From contig NC_058369.1 of NCBI RefSeq assembly GCF_018350175.1, positions 188,001 to 248,000 on the forward strand: a stretch of 60,000 nucleotides of DNA, given 5' to 3'. Shown here piece by piece: positions 33,101 to 44,484 of this stretch (positions are counted from its first letter, which is position 1; the number at the start of each line of letters is the position of its first letter). This stretch comes from Felis catus (taxonomy: Eukaryota). The notes under the pieces are model-generated. The model saw only the letters and a list, made by a program, of their open reading frames with translations, did not search any database and had not been told where the DNA came from. The position numbers were made by a program, and so were the translations under genes.

Positions 33101-36100
33101 TGGGGACAGTATGACACGGGGCCCTCCTGTGGGGGGGGACAGTATGACACGGGGCCTTCCCGTGTGTGTGGGGGGGGGCAAGCAGGAGGTCAGGCCCCCA
33201 CAGGCTGGACTCTCCTACACACAAGGCCGACGAGAGGAGCTGTCCGGCCTGCACGTCCAGGACCCCCACCCGCAGAACCACATCTGCTTCTCCGAGTCCC
33301 TGGAAAATCATCCCTCCGAGAGGATGGAAGGAAGCAAGGTGCCAAAGAGCACGTGACAGCCACCCAGCATTTGCCCGGCCTCACTGGGTGGGGGTGGGAA
33401 CTACCTGGGGAGACACAGCTCAGGTCTCTGGGCGGTGAGCTCGTGTTTAAACTGGAAACTGTGCAAATGTGTGACCCATCCAAAAAGAGAAATTGAAAAC
33501 CGCAAAACCCAGCACGCTGAGAATCACACACAGGCCCACACAAAGCAGGTCTTCTAATGACCGCACAGCAGACAGAGCCCCGGCCACACTGCCCACCTGC
33601 TGCTTGAGGCCGGCCAAAGCTCGGGCTGTCTACACCCAGCTCTGGTATGACGCCTGTGCTCTGCCCGCCGCTGAGCCTCTGGGTGGGAACCCAACGGCGA
33701 GGCTGTGGCACCTTCCAGCTTTAATCTTTAGGGTCAGGGCCCCGGTGGGGACTGGGACTTGCCAAGTCTGGTTCATCTGGCCTCTGAAGAGCAGGGAGGG
33801 CATCCCTGGGACGAGGGTGGCTCCGAGAGAAATTAAAGGAGGGGCCGAGGAGACTCCACAAGGACAGGGTGGTTCCGGCTCATCCCCAACAGGGCACGCC
33901 CCCCCCCCCCCCGGCCCCGTGGGTGTCAGGGCCCTCTCACCTTGGCGTAGATCTCCCTGAGCAGGGGTGAGGTGTTGACCTGGGGCTCGGGCTGGGGCTG
34001 CAGAGGAGGGCTGAAGGTGGGCTGGGCCTTGTGCACTGCCTGCAGGAGCGCGGCCTGCTCCTCCTGGCATAGTGGCACGCTGGAGAAGAGGTCCTGCAGC
34101 CGCAGCCCATCCTGGGCCATCTGGTCCAGACACCTGTGGGGGCGCACGGTGCCTAAGGGATGGGCAGCCCCCAACACCCTGCAGGTCTCAGCGCCAGGCG
34201 GCCACGGGGGCCATCTGGGCGGCCCGGGCCCCAGCAAGGGCCCGATGCCCACCCACCTTTGGACGGTCCTGGCGTCCTGGTCCAGCCGTCCCATGCACTG
34301 GAGCGCAGCTGCGTAGGACAAGAGGTCTGGGGTGAGGCCGGCATCTTTCACCATGAAGAACACGTAAACCAACTCTCTGAAGGAGCCCTGGGGAGACCAA
34401 GTTGGGGTGAGGGTCCTGGGGTGGCCAGCCCGTCCCTTGAGACCTTGCTCTCCAGCCAGCAAATTAGGAAGAGGCTTGCCGGCCAAGCGCAGCGCAGGCG
34501 CTCGGTGACACCACGGCGGGACCGGGTGGGGGCTGGGTTCCCGACGGGAGAGGTGCTGATACCGTGGACATGAACATGCACTATTCCAGCCGCTACAAGA
34601 GGCTCTTCAGTGTTCTCTGCGTCCGTGTGCTGTCTTCCACCCGCCTGCTCCAGGGTTAGCCCACCTCTTCCCCATTTCCGCAAGTGCTAGTCCTGTCCCT
34701 GGTTTGAGTGCGGCCTCTCTCACACAGGCGCCGTGGCTGTCAACCTCCCTCCGACACCCCCCAGCTGGAGGCACGCCGCGTTCAGGCCTCCGTTCATTTC
34801 CAAGTACAGGAAACCTTGTTTGCGAGCATAAGTCGTTCCAGAAACATGTTTGTAATCCAAAGTACTTGTATGTCAAAGCGATTTCCCCATGAGAAATAAT
34901 GGCAACACACAATCCAAACACATTCATGTAAAAATGATTACGATACTGTAAGATAATAGAAAATAATATAATTCACGGTGTAAAGAAAGACACATTAACC
35001 TGCACTTACCTTTGAGAACCTCCGTGGCTGGAGCGAGGGAGACGAGAGAGAGGAGGGTGACTGTGCAGGACAACTGTCACTATCACTAAGGGAATCGCTG
35101 CTATCTATCGGCTCAGTGCAATCTTCTTCTTTTCCTGAGGCTTTAACAGGGAACCTACCCGGTGATGCTTGCTTTGCCTCCTCTTGAGGGTTTCGCAAAA
35201 ACGGGACATCGCGTTGTCGTTAAACAGACCCGTTGCTCACATTGCTACAGCCTTATTCGGGCGGTGCTTTGCTACACAGTTTTGCAGTTTCCCACACTTC
35301 ACACATCTCCCTAATCTCGTTTGAAGTGAGGGATTCCTCCGCCTTTTCCTCCTCCTCTGCAGGCGAGGCACAGACGTAGACTTCCTACAAAATCTTGCAA
35401 TTTCAGCCCCTGCATACCTCGTTCATAGTCTCCAATGATTTCCTTCGACTTCCACCAGAATCATCTCCTTCTTACCGCCTTTCTCCTCAACCTTTTTCTG
35501 CGTGGCGGTCACTGTATACGCTGCCGCTGATGCCGACTACAGCACATGATTAATAAACTTTTGTCATGTGCCATACTTAACGTAACTGGCAGCGAGGCAG
35601 CAGAGGACAAGGTCCCTATCTGCAGGCGGCCAGACCTAGAACGAAGCAAAGCGTTCCCGAGCTCGCTCTTGGATGGAAAAGCAAAGGGCTGTCCGCAGGT
35701 GCGTTGAGGGGACAAAAATACACGAGCGCCAACGTTCTGAAAACTCACTGAGTTCTGCCAACGAGACTGAGCATCCCAGCGTGGGCGATGATCACCCACC
35801 CCCGCAGAGAACCACTGGCTCAGCTGCGACCACATGACGCTCGGCGTCATGTTCTAGGTGAACTGCAAGACCTCGCTCGCTCACCAAGTGAGAATGTATC
35901 AGGAACGTCTGCCTGTCTCGCGGAACAGCTTCCTCGCGGTCCAGGTTCTGCTGTACGTGCTACGTCCTCTTGCAGCTGCTTCCCGGACCGCTGGAGGTCT
36001 GTGCCGCTGCAGACCCGCTGGAGAAAACAAGGCTCCTAGCACCCCCCACCCCCGCCCCCAGCTCCTGCTGCCTTCATCCAAGGCGTGCCGCCACGCCAGG

Positions 36101-39100
36101 GACCGCGGTGCCGGCAACCGGGTTTTCAGGCGCTTGTCTCAAGGACCTCGCCCAGGCCGCCCTACTGGCCGTCAGCGGCCACACGTAGCCACCACGTTTA
36201 AACCTTCAGCTCTGCAAATGCTCGGGGGTCACACGCAGCCGGAGCAGGTGAACGTGCCAACGGGGCAGGGACCCCCGCCGGACAGCGCTGGTCTACAGGA
36301 AGCGTGTCTAAACCCCACGTGCCGTCTCACCTTTACGCTTTACAGAGACACACGCGCGCACGCGGACTCGGTGGCCGAGGCTCTAAATCAGGCCCCTCTG
36401 CCTTACACGTGGGGACACCGAAGCTCAGAGAGAAGTGGGAGGTGTGGGCCACACGGTGAGCAAGCGGCCGCCACAGGACTCAGGCTGGGCTCTGGGTAAC
36501 AGCCAAGCCCCATCCCGCATGCGCAGGCCGCCCGGAAACCATGACTTCCGGAGCCCAGGATGCCTGTGCAGTCCACGCACGACGCAGGAGGGGCCTGGGA
36601 CGGGGTTGGCAATGCCCCCAAACCCCCACCTACCCGGGACCTCATAACACGGGCCCCTGAGGGATCTTTGCTAACGGAATGAGTTCAGATGAAGCCGCGT
36701 GAGGAGTGTGAGGACAGGGCAGATGCGGGACACCTGGAGACGCCTGGGGACACGGCCACAGGCCCAGGGCCACAGGGGCTCCGGGAGCTGGAAGAGGCAG
36801 GAAGGCAGTGGCCCCGCCCGCTTTGACCTGGGACTGGAAAAAAATAACTGTCACTTTAAGCCACCCAGGTTTTGGTCATCGCCGCAAATGCAGGAAGCTG
36901 GCGCCCGCGCCAATGGCAGAAATGTCCCGCCGTAACAGGGCCCTGTGACCTTGGGGGGAAGAAAACGACCTTCTTGCCTTCACTAACTCCCTGAAGCTAG
37001 TGCGTCCCAGTGACGAAGACGAACGTGACTGCCGCCTGTGGGGACCGGGCATCTCCACGCCAGGGGCCGACGCAGACGTAAAGCGATGGTGGCCCCTGGG
37101 CCTGCTGTCCTGTCCTCGCGTGAGGCCCGGCGGTGTCGGCCACAAGCCCACGCTCACAGCCGGCGCCTCGGTCCCCACGCGACGGTCTCTGCCTCGGGCC
37201 TGAGCACAGGGAGGGGGCTCGGAGCTGCGCCCCTGCGAGGCCACGTGAAGAACACTCTTGAACAAGCAGCCCGGGCCGCCGCCGCGGGGAAATTAAAAAC
37301 ACTTGGGAGAGACACGGGGCATGGCCAGCGCGGACCCCGCAGGGAACCCCACGGCCACGAACGAATGCCCGCATCGAGACGCCCTGAGCTAACCCCCCAC
37401 CCGAGGAAGCCCCACCTAAAGCAGCGAAGTCGCTGTCCCGAGAAGGACCTGGAAACTCCCCCGGAGGCCAAAGCGCCCCTCACACCAGTCAGGCACAGAG
37501 GCCCCGGTCGAGGCGTCCAGAAGGAAAGGGACTGAAACGTTCAGCAGGACTCCCTCCTTCTCTTTTGGCTGTTTTGGGAAATGTCCGTTGAGGGCCACGT
37601 GGGACTTATGGTTGACAAGCCACGAGAACCATCGGGACGGTAACAAGCACAGGACTCGGCCTCCGGGGCTCAGAGCCCCGGGTTCGGACCAGGCGCTCCC
37701 GGGTGGGGCCCGGCGGACCCCGCAGACACCCCCCCCCCCCGGGGCCGCCGCTCACCTTGCGAGCCCAGCCGAGCATGACGGTGTTGTACGCGGCCAGCGT
37801 GAGCACCCGCCGCTGCCGCCACTTGCCGTGGCAGGTGACCAGCACGTGGTGGGCGAGGGGCAGGTGGCCCGAGAGCAGGCAGCACTCCAGGAAGGCCAGG
37901 AGCCTCTGCTGCTGGGTCTCCAGCCGCGCGGGGGCGCCCCCCGCCTCGTGGGCCCGCTCCGCCTCGCAGCTCAGCCTCCGCGGCGCCTCCCGCAGCAGCC
38001 GCGCCAGCTGCTCCTCCCAGGGGCTCCGGGGGGTCTCCTGCTCCCAGCGCAGCAGGCGCTCGGCCAGCGGGGCGCTCAGCAGCTGGGGCACCATCCGCAG
38101 CCTGTGCTCACAGGCCAGCTGCTGGACCCGCACCTGCAGCTTCGCCTGCAGCCGCTGCTTGCGCCTCTGCATCGCCCACTTCTCCTGGTCCAGCTTCTGC
38201 GCCCAGTGGCCGCCGAGCCCCGGGGCGGTGCCCTCGCCCCCCTTCTGGGCCTTCCTGCGTGGCTGGAAGCCGCCCGCTTCTGGGAGTCGGGCCGGGCGGG
38301 GCCTCCTCTCGGTCACCTCCGACACACGCGCGGCCTGCAGCTGCCGCACCCGGGCCTCGAGCACTGTGGGGGCGAAGGGCGAGGGCGTCAGGGGGACCCC
38401 CGTGCGAGCAACAACCTCTTCAGACCTGCGGTTTTGGGGGGTGGCTGGCTTCGCCAACTCTCGGGGCCTTGGTTCTTTTTTTTTTTTTTAAAACGATTAT
38501 TTATTTTTGAGAGAGAGCATGAACGGGGGAGGGGCAGAGAGAGAGGGAGACACAGAATCGGAAGCAGGCTCCAGGCTCCGAGCTGTCAGCACGGAGCCCG
38601 ATGTGGACTCGAACCCGTGAACCACAAGATGATGACCTTAGCCCAAGTTGGATGCTTAACCGACTGAGCCCCCCAGGCACCCCTCGAGGTCTCAGTACTA
38701 TGTATGTCCCCCAATTTTCAGGCGCATACACCCTACCCACTCATTCAGCACCTCTGCGACAGCCTGACTCCACTTCCCCAAACCTGCCCCTCCGTGTCAT
38801 CGTCACTGGCTGTCACTGTCACTGACGGCGTGGTCCTTGCAGGCCCTCAGCCAAAAAACCCTTAAGATCGTCCAAGCCTCCACACCCAGCCTGTCAGCAC
38901 ACCCTCAGAGGTGTGGCGCTGCCTCAAAGTCCATCCGGGTGCCCCAGGGGTCCTGCCCTCGCCTCCCCCCACTCCCCCCAGGCTGCGGCCACAATGGCCT
39001 CAGGGCCTCTGCACACTCTACTCCTGATCGCTATGATCGGTATGACCGGAGTTTCCTGCAGAGTCAGGTGCCATGGCTAGCCCTGCGTCACAACGGCTTC

Positions 39101-41552
39101 ACAGATCACGGGAGTCCCCAACAGATCAACACGTAACCTTCTTCAGTGTCCCTCTGTTTAAGATGCCTTATTTCGCATACGTTGTTCATTCACTAACGTT
39201 GAGCCCGCAGCCAACAGCACCGCAACTGTAAGCAAACACCTATTTCTGGGCGGCTGGATGGCTCAGTCGGTTAAGCCACTGACGCTTGATGTCGGCTCAG
39301 CTCATGAGCTCACAGTGTGTGAGTTCGAGCCCTGTGCTGGGTTCTACACTGTTGGTGTGGAGCCTAGCTGGGATTCTGTGTCTCCCTCTCTCTCTCTCTC
39401 TCAAATCAATTAAGTAAACATTAAAAAAATAAAAACGAAAATGTGTATTTTCTCCAAAAGGCACATCACAGCCTTCTCGAACTTAGGCCGGTAGAAAACA
39501 CCTTGGCCCTATGCTTGGGGACCACGTTAAGCAGCAAAATCAGCAACAGACAGCCCCCAAAATGCAGAAACGTGGCACTACACATACCTTGAGAAGGACA
39601 CTTGTTTACAATATGTGCTAAAACAAGAGGCCAGTGTGTCACCTGCTTCAACCCCAGCTGGGGACGGGGACATCGGGCAGCTCCAGTATTTGCTGCTCTG
39701 CACGTGTCCACAAGGGACTGGGATTTGGGGGTTACGGGTGGAGTTTAGTTCTTAGGTAACTGTGCAAATACTACTGAGGACCAACGGCACCCACGCAGTC
39801 CAGCCTCACCCGCCGGCCTCGGTCCAACAGAGACTTGCTGGAGTAAACTGAAGAGGCAGGGAGGCCTTGGCCCCTGTAGGAGCCGACACGTGGGGCGTGC
39901 ATGTGGGGTACCCGTGTCTGTCGAGGAGGTGAGGCCGACATGACGTGGCTGTGCGCACAGCTTTTCTCCCCGCGGTGGCAACGGTGCCTTTGGATGACAA
40001 GGCAGGCAAAGGCCACATGGACCTGTGACTGGGGGGGGGGGGGGGGGGGGGTATTAGCTTATCCTATGCTAGAGGACAGAGTTGGCGGGTTTTTAGGCTG
40101 GAGAGTGATGTAATGTGATTCAGACTTCCAGAACCTTCCTCCATTGAACACAGGATACTCGGGCTTTAAGACAATTAGGTAGTGAGTAAGAAACGAAAGA
40201 AGGTTGCTGTTGAGGACGACGGTACTCTACTTCTCTATGTTCAGAATTTCCTGAAACAAACTTTTCCTTCTTAGACACACTGGAGACACGGGGCGGGGGG
40301 GGGGAAGCAGGAAGCAGTGGCCATGGTCTGGGGGGCTCCAGTGAGGGAACACACATGCCCCCACCTCCCTGTGGCGGTGCCGGGACTGGGCCGGCCGTCC
40401 TACGCTGTGAAGACGGCAGGACCCCAACTGGACCCCTCGGGCGCCCGAGCCCAGACAGCCGAGCCAGGGCACGTGTGTCAGTTCAGGATTCGAATCCTGA
40501 CTCTGCAGGAGCAGTTCGTGCAGCCTTGGGCCAGCCTCTCCAGCTACCACGTTGGGGCTCACCAGGAGAGTAGGAGCGCCTGCGGGGTTCGGGGAAGGGG
40601 AAACAACAGCCCTCGTGTACAGCACAAGCTTCCTGTCACCATCCGCATGAGGACACTGAGGGCAGGGGAACCATTCAGTTACCCTGCTTTGCAGAATGCA
40701 GCCCTTCTCGTGGTGTCACTGTGAGGAAACGGGGAGGTAACCCCCCAGCAGAGTGCCCGTGGCTGGGAGGGGCGGGGGGACAGAGAGGAGGGGCTTCAGG
40801 CTCCAAGCCTTCAAGCCTTGGGGGGGTCTGGGCTCACCCTCCAGCAGCTCCGCGTGGCCCCAGTCCTTCCGGCGGTCTTGCTCACAAGGGCTGGCGGACA
40901 AGCTCCTTCTGCGGCCCCAGACACCACTGAGGGCCCCTGTGGGCGAAAGAGAGAGGCTGAGGGAGGCAGAAGGAGGCCCGCGGCCTGGGGGGCTGGGAGG
41001 GCCTCGTGTGGACAGAAATCGCAGGATCCTGGGGCAAAAGAGCTCCAAATTCATTGCAAACCGTCAGTGGTCATGGGCCTCACGTTGGAAAGAACCCAAG
41101 AGGTCAAAGGTGAAGGGGACCTTACAGAAAAGAAATTTGGGCGTGGGATCAACATAAAGGGTTCCTCCAACTAAAGGTGCTGTGAGAGTTCAAAGGTCAA
41201 GGGCCCTAAGTCGCAAAGAAGGGGTCAGGGGACTCCTGACCAAGAGTCAAGCGTCAAAGTGCTGTGCCGATCCCCATCGGGGGAGTGGCCTAAGGGCGAG
41301 TGAAAGCGGGGTCCAGTCAATGGGTTCCACAGAACCACACTGGGCAAGGAGCAAAGGTGGGGGGTAGCTGGATCCCGGGGACCTAAAAGCCGAAGGTCAC
41401 GGCCGTGGGGAGAGGAGGCAGTGGCAGCGGCCATGGCGTCACCCTCGGGTCTCCCCCGCGTTACCTTCCTCGGCCAGGGGGCCGGGGGGGCCCGCAGGCC
41501 ACAGGGCCCTCCGGAGACCGGACGCGCCGCGGCCCCAGCGAAACGCCGACAT
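27082..41552 (-). CDS. POLRMT: Mitochondrial DNA-directed RNA polymerase (T7-like), full gene (21 exons, 3681 nt, 1226 aa)
   Basis: Motif [13 protein letters not shown], motif [15 protein letters not shown], motif C VHDCFW, C-terminus STYFFS; Arg-rich N-terminal presequence; exons sum in frame using the GC donor after exon 8. Confidence 0.97.
27231..27301 (-). CDS. POLRMT: POLRMT exon 20
   Basis: SPQHLKG...KSVPKT; cag| and |gtaggg. Confidence 0.85.
27386..27477 (-). CDS. POLRMT: POLRMT exon 19
   Basis: [15 protein letters not shown]...FCSGS; donor gtttag. Confidence 0.88.
27687..27759 (-). CDS. POLRMT: POLRMT exon 18 (motif C)
   Basis: [24 protein letters not shown]. Confidence 0.95.
28650..28748 (-). 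CDS. POLRMT: POLRMT exon 17
   Basis: [32 protein letters not shown]. Confidence 0.95.
28832..28884 (-). CDS. POLRMT: POLRMT exon 16
   Basis: [17 protein letters not shown]. Confidence 0.9.
28969..29082 (-). CDS. POLRMT: POLRMT exon 15
   Basis: [10 protein letters not shown]...[22 protein letters not shown]. Confidence 0.93.
29167..29253 (-). CDS. POLRMT: POLRMT exon 14
   Basis: [15 protein letters not shown]...TRAIQ. Confidence 0.95.
29545..29724 (-). CDS. POLRMT: POLRMT exon 13 (motif B)
   Basis: VEVFRSQD...[16 protein letters not shown]...DFPQ. Confidence 0.95.
29971..30093 (-). CDS. POLRMT: POLRMT exon 12 (motif A)
   Basis: [16 protein letters not shown]...GVAAQ. Confidence 0.95.
30361..30483 (-). 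CDS. POLRMT: POLRMT exon 11
   Basis: [13 protein letters not shown]...FPVHQ. Confidence 0.95.
30789..31577 (-). CDS. POLRMT: POLRMT exon 10
   Basis: IGILKPHP...[12 protein letters not shown]...SADRPMT. Confidence 0.96.
31760..31984 (-). CDS. POLRMT: POLRMT exon 9
   Basis: [12 protein letters not shown]...[12 protein letters not shown]. Confidence 0.95.
32051..32340. repeat. 27-37 bp minisatellite, 9 units, each a copy of the POLRMT exon 8/intron 8 junction
   Basis: Unit cgggcctc(a/g)cctgggtgtc...; ctgggtgtc starts at 32061, 32096, 32126, 32161, 32191, 32227, 32254, 32291, 32327. Confidence 0.95.
32327..32494 (-). CDS. POLRMT: POLRMT exon 8 (GC donor inferred)
   Basis: [11 protein letters not shown]...LLASDTQ; donor reads CAG|gcgagg. 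Confidence 0.85.
32577..32741 (-). CDS. POLRMT: POLRMT exon 7
   Basis: RRTLKQLR...LFPYLCLL...LLLQ. Confidence 0.93.
32943..33092 (-). CDS. POLRMT: POLRMT exon 6
   Basis: [13 protein letters not shown]...KEVLDA. Confidence 0.92.
33075..33162. repeat. 33-34 bp tandem triplication of the POLRMT intron 5/exon 6 junction
   Basis: gtatgacacggggcc at 33075, 33109 and 33142. Confidence 0.93.
33941..34133 (-). CDS. POLRMT: POLRMT exon 5
   Basis: CLDQMAQDG...LLREIYAK. Confidence 0.93.
34257..34387 (-). CDS. POLRMT: POLRMT exon 4 (PPR region)
   Basis: [34 protein letters not shown]. Confidence 0.95.
34807..35953 (-). mobile_element. TcMar-Tigger-type DNA transposon, internally deleted
   Basis: TA|caggaaaccttgtttgcgag ... 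ctcgcggtccaggttctgctg|TA imperfect TIRs with TA TSDs; decayed transposase-like N-terminus on the minus strand near 35380-35500. Confidence 0.7.
36600..36902. mobile_element. MaLR (MLT1-like) LTR remnant
   Basis: gaagaggcaggaagg...aaaataactgtcactttaagccacccaggttttggt, typical MLT1 end. Confidence 0.5.
37756..38363 (-). CDS. POLRMT: POLRMT exon 3
   Basis: [11 protein letters not shown]...[11 protein letters not shown]; canonical sites. Confidence 0.95.
38476..38683 (-). mobile_element. CAN-SINE (SINEC_Fc-like)
   Basis: Typical body, (GA)n and poly-T. Confidence 0.9.
39095..39787 (-). mobile_element. MER6-like Tigger-family DNA element, interrupted by a SINE
   Basis: aaacgtggcact...aaggacacttgtttaca...aaacaagaggc resembles the recalled consensus; subfamily name uncertain. 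Confidence 0.55.
39248..39435 (+). mobile_element. CAN-SINE
   Basis: gggcggctggatggctcagtcggttaag head, (CT)n and A tail. Confidence 0.85.
40838..40936 (-). CDS. POLRMT: POLRMT exon 2
   Basis: [16 protein letters not shown]...WGHAELLE. Confidence 0.93.
41465..41552 (-). CDS. POLRMT: POLRMT exon 1 (mitochondrial presequence)
   Basis: [17 protein letters not shown]...; donor G|gtaacg. Confidence 0.92.
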
Positions 41553-41559
41553 TCCGCAC

Positions 41560-41850
41560 GCCGACCGCCGCGCCGCCCGCGCTGGTCGCACCGCCCACAC
41601 CGCGCCTGCGCCGCCTGCGCCTGCCGGGAGTTGTAGTTCCACCGCCTACGGCGGCTGTGAAGGGACCTCGCGGCGAGAGGAGGCAGCCGGAACCACGATT
41701 CCCAGGGAGCAGCGGGGCCCGGGAGTCTCCGACGCATGCGCCGATAAAGCCCTCTAATTGGCTCTTCCTCCTGCCAGGGAGGGGCGGGACAGAGCCGTTG
41801 CTTGGGTAACCCGGGGTGACTCTAAGCCGTCTTCGGGAGGACCGGGAAGC
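41560..41850 (-). promoter_or_regulatory. POLRMT CpG-island promoter
   Basis: NRF1-like GCGCCTGCGC (41602-41620) and CGCATGCGC (41733-41741); ACTACAACTCCC ZNF143/THAP11-type motif (41626-41637, minus); ETS CCGGAA at 41687; GC box at 41781. Confidence 0.8.
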
Positions 41851-41855
41851 CGGAT

Positions 41856-41903
41856 TGTTGTTGTTGTTGTTGTTCTTCTTCTTCTTCTTCTTTCTTTTTT
41901 TTT
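41856..41903. repeat. Compound (TTG)n(TTC)n(T)n microsatellite
   Basis: Direct reading. Confidence 0.9.
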
Positions 41904-43535
41904 CCTAAAGGAATGGTCGCCAAATAGTTAAGACAGCGTTCTGCAATTTAGAGATTCCTGTCTGCGATCTTCATTGCTCCAACTTCGACTTTGGAGCGGC
42001 AACTATGACTAGCCCCAGTTTATTGCGGAGGAAGTTGAGGCTGGGAGAGGTCGAGCAAGTTGCCCCAACGTTAGGGAGACCGCAGTGAAGACAGAGGTCT
42101 GTCTGACTCCCAGCCCCAGACCAGGGGCAGCTGGGACGTCGTTTCCAGGACGTCTCCCTCGTCCACTCCCTCCAGTCCCAAGGACAGGAGCAGAGCAGGG
42201 CGTGAAAAGCAGACCAACCTACTAAACTGATTTGATGAAAAATGGAATGAGCCCGGAGCCTGAAAGTTCCCAGTCCTGATCTTCAGGGTGGTCTCACTCG
42301 GGAGTAGTCAGAGCCAGAGCTTCAGAATCAGACCAGGAAGGCACTTGGGAAACTGAGGCGGGGGGGAGAGGAGCACCAGCTGGCATGGAAGGATGAAACT
42401 AAGAATATCTGGGGTAACTGTGTTCCAGGCAGAGTTCACCGCAAGTGCAAAGGCCCTGAGGCAGAGTCAGGTGTGGATACCTGGAGAAACTTGAGCAGAG
42501 AGGGGGTTAGGAAGAAGAAGCTAAGACAAAGCTGGAGGAGTTCTCAAGGGGCCAGGCCAGTGGGCCTTTGGGGCTTCAGCTCAAGCTGCCACCTGCCCTT
42601 GGGCTCTCAGACTTGGTTATCCCATTAGCCCAGAGTGGAAGCTGGACCTGTGCTCTAGAAGGGCCAGCCTCCTCGGCCTGGCGGCCTCTTGAAAGCACAT
42701 TCCAGACGCAGCTGCCCACGCGGGCCTGTGCAGTATGATTCCACCGGCTGGGAATGTTTTCAGCAGACAGCAGCGTCCTCTCAAACCTGCCCCAACCCAC
42801 TCCAAGATGCCCCAAGGGCCTCGACCTCAGATCTGACTCACTCCTGGGATGGCCTTCCTGGCCCTGAGGGGCTGAATCAGTATGACCTGGTCTCCCCAAG
42901 ACCTAGATACACCCCCCTCGGACTCCCTCAGTCTGGCAGAGCCAGGAACCTGTGCTGGAAGCCTAGACTTTGGAATCGGTGTGCCTTTCTGACGCCTTGG
43001 TCGTCTCTTATATGCAACGGGGCATCAGATGCCCTAAAGCATATTCCCCTGGAACCAGGGTCCTGGAACTTAGCAGTGAGAAAGTTCTTTCTGCTCCCAC
43101 TCAGGCACAGGAGGTCTCCCTGAGTGCTGCCTACATCTGACTCCTACCTCAGCTCTCTGGCTGTGATCCTATCGGTCTGAGAATTTGTCACATGGTCGTC
43201 TCCTCAGTGTTTCTTTTTATGGCTTATCGTCATCATGTCTGTGTGTGGTTCTGGTTTTCCACTCCTGATGGTGACATCAAGTTTCCTTGTAAAACTTAAG
43301 TAAGAAAAATATGAATAACACACAGGACAGGTGGAGGCAGATGTAATTAAACGGGGAACACAGCGTCAGAGGTTGGAATTTGGGCAACAGCGTGTTTCAG
43401 AAGCTGTTTGCTTATGTCGGGTTCTGACCCAAAATGTTTGGTCAGATTCGTGCCATGAGACATTCAGATGAGCCTGGGTTGTGTCCATGTTGAGAAAGGT
43501 GGAGAAAGGCCAGGATCTCTAGATGGGAGGAGATG

Positions 43536-43980
43536 GTATCAGCCCCCTAGGGCTGCGTGTACCTTCAACAACAGAAAGTTATTCTCTCACATTTCTGCAG
43601 ACCAGACGGGCAACGTCAGTATCTGTGAGCTGAAATAAAAGTGTGGCAGGGCTGTGCCCCCACTGGAGGCTCCAGGGGAGGGTCCTTCCCACCTCCTCCA
43701 GCTTCTGGGGGCTCCACACGTCCCTTGGCCTGTGACTGAGCCCCTCCAGTCTCTGCCTCCGTGGTCACGTGGCCTCCTCTGTGTCTATGTCAAATCTCCC
43801 TCTTCTGCTTCTCTTATAAGGACACTTGTGACTGTATTTAGGGCCCACTGGGATGATTTCTTCATCTGAAAATCTTAATTGTATCTGCCAAGACTCTTTT
43901 TCCAAATGAGGTAAAATTCACAGGCTCCTGGGATGAGAATATGGATATATCTTGGGGGACCGTTAATCAGCGGATCAGAG
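43536..43980. mobile_element. MaLR MLT1-type solo LTR
   Basis: aacaacagaaagttattctctcaca...ctcttataaggacacttgtga...aatgaggtaaaattcacagg. Confidence 0.8.
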
Positions 43981-44484
43981 ACTATCCTGAGTTTGTGATC
44001 AGGGAAAAAAAAAAAAAAACTATTGAAGGACATTGTGGGGACAACAGGGGCCATCTGAGCATGGATGGTGGATTAAATTGCAGTTTGGTTATGACAGAGG
44101 ACCTTGCCTTCGGGAGATACATCCACATGTTTAGAGGTGAACTGGTACCATCCCTGTGGCTTATTCTCGAATACCCACTTACGTAAAAAGATTACGTGTG
44201 TGTGTGTGGAGGCATAATGTCAACAGTGCACAGGTCAAGAATATAGCTCAGTTTCCACCAACCGGACACATGGGTATTCCGAAACATGCCCCGCCCCTGA
44301 AGCCCCCTCACGGTCCCATAGCTGCCCCAAGAGTGGCACCCACATCCTGATGCCTCACACCGTGGCTGCTTTGGCCCCGTTGCAGACTGTGACATAAATG
44401 GACCTCCTTGTGTCAGGCTACTTCTACACAACATTATGTCTGAAATTCATCCACACTGTGCTGTTCCTGGGACATAGAATTCCT

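Noticed and set aside
35380..35520. Possible domesticated Tigger transposase gene
   Set aside because: Only a short decayed fragment with a stop and frameshifts inside a ~1.1-kb deleted element
27082..41552. T7-phage-like RNA polymerase as a sign of viral insertion
   Set aside because: It is the ordinary intron-containing nuclear POLRMT gene
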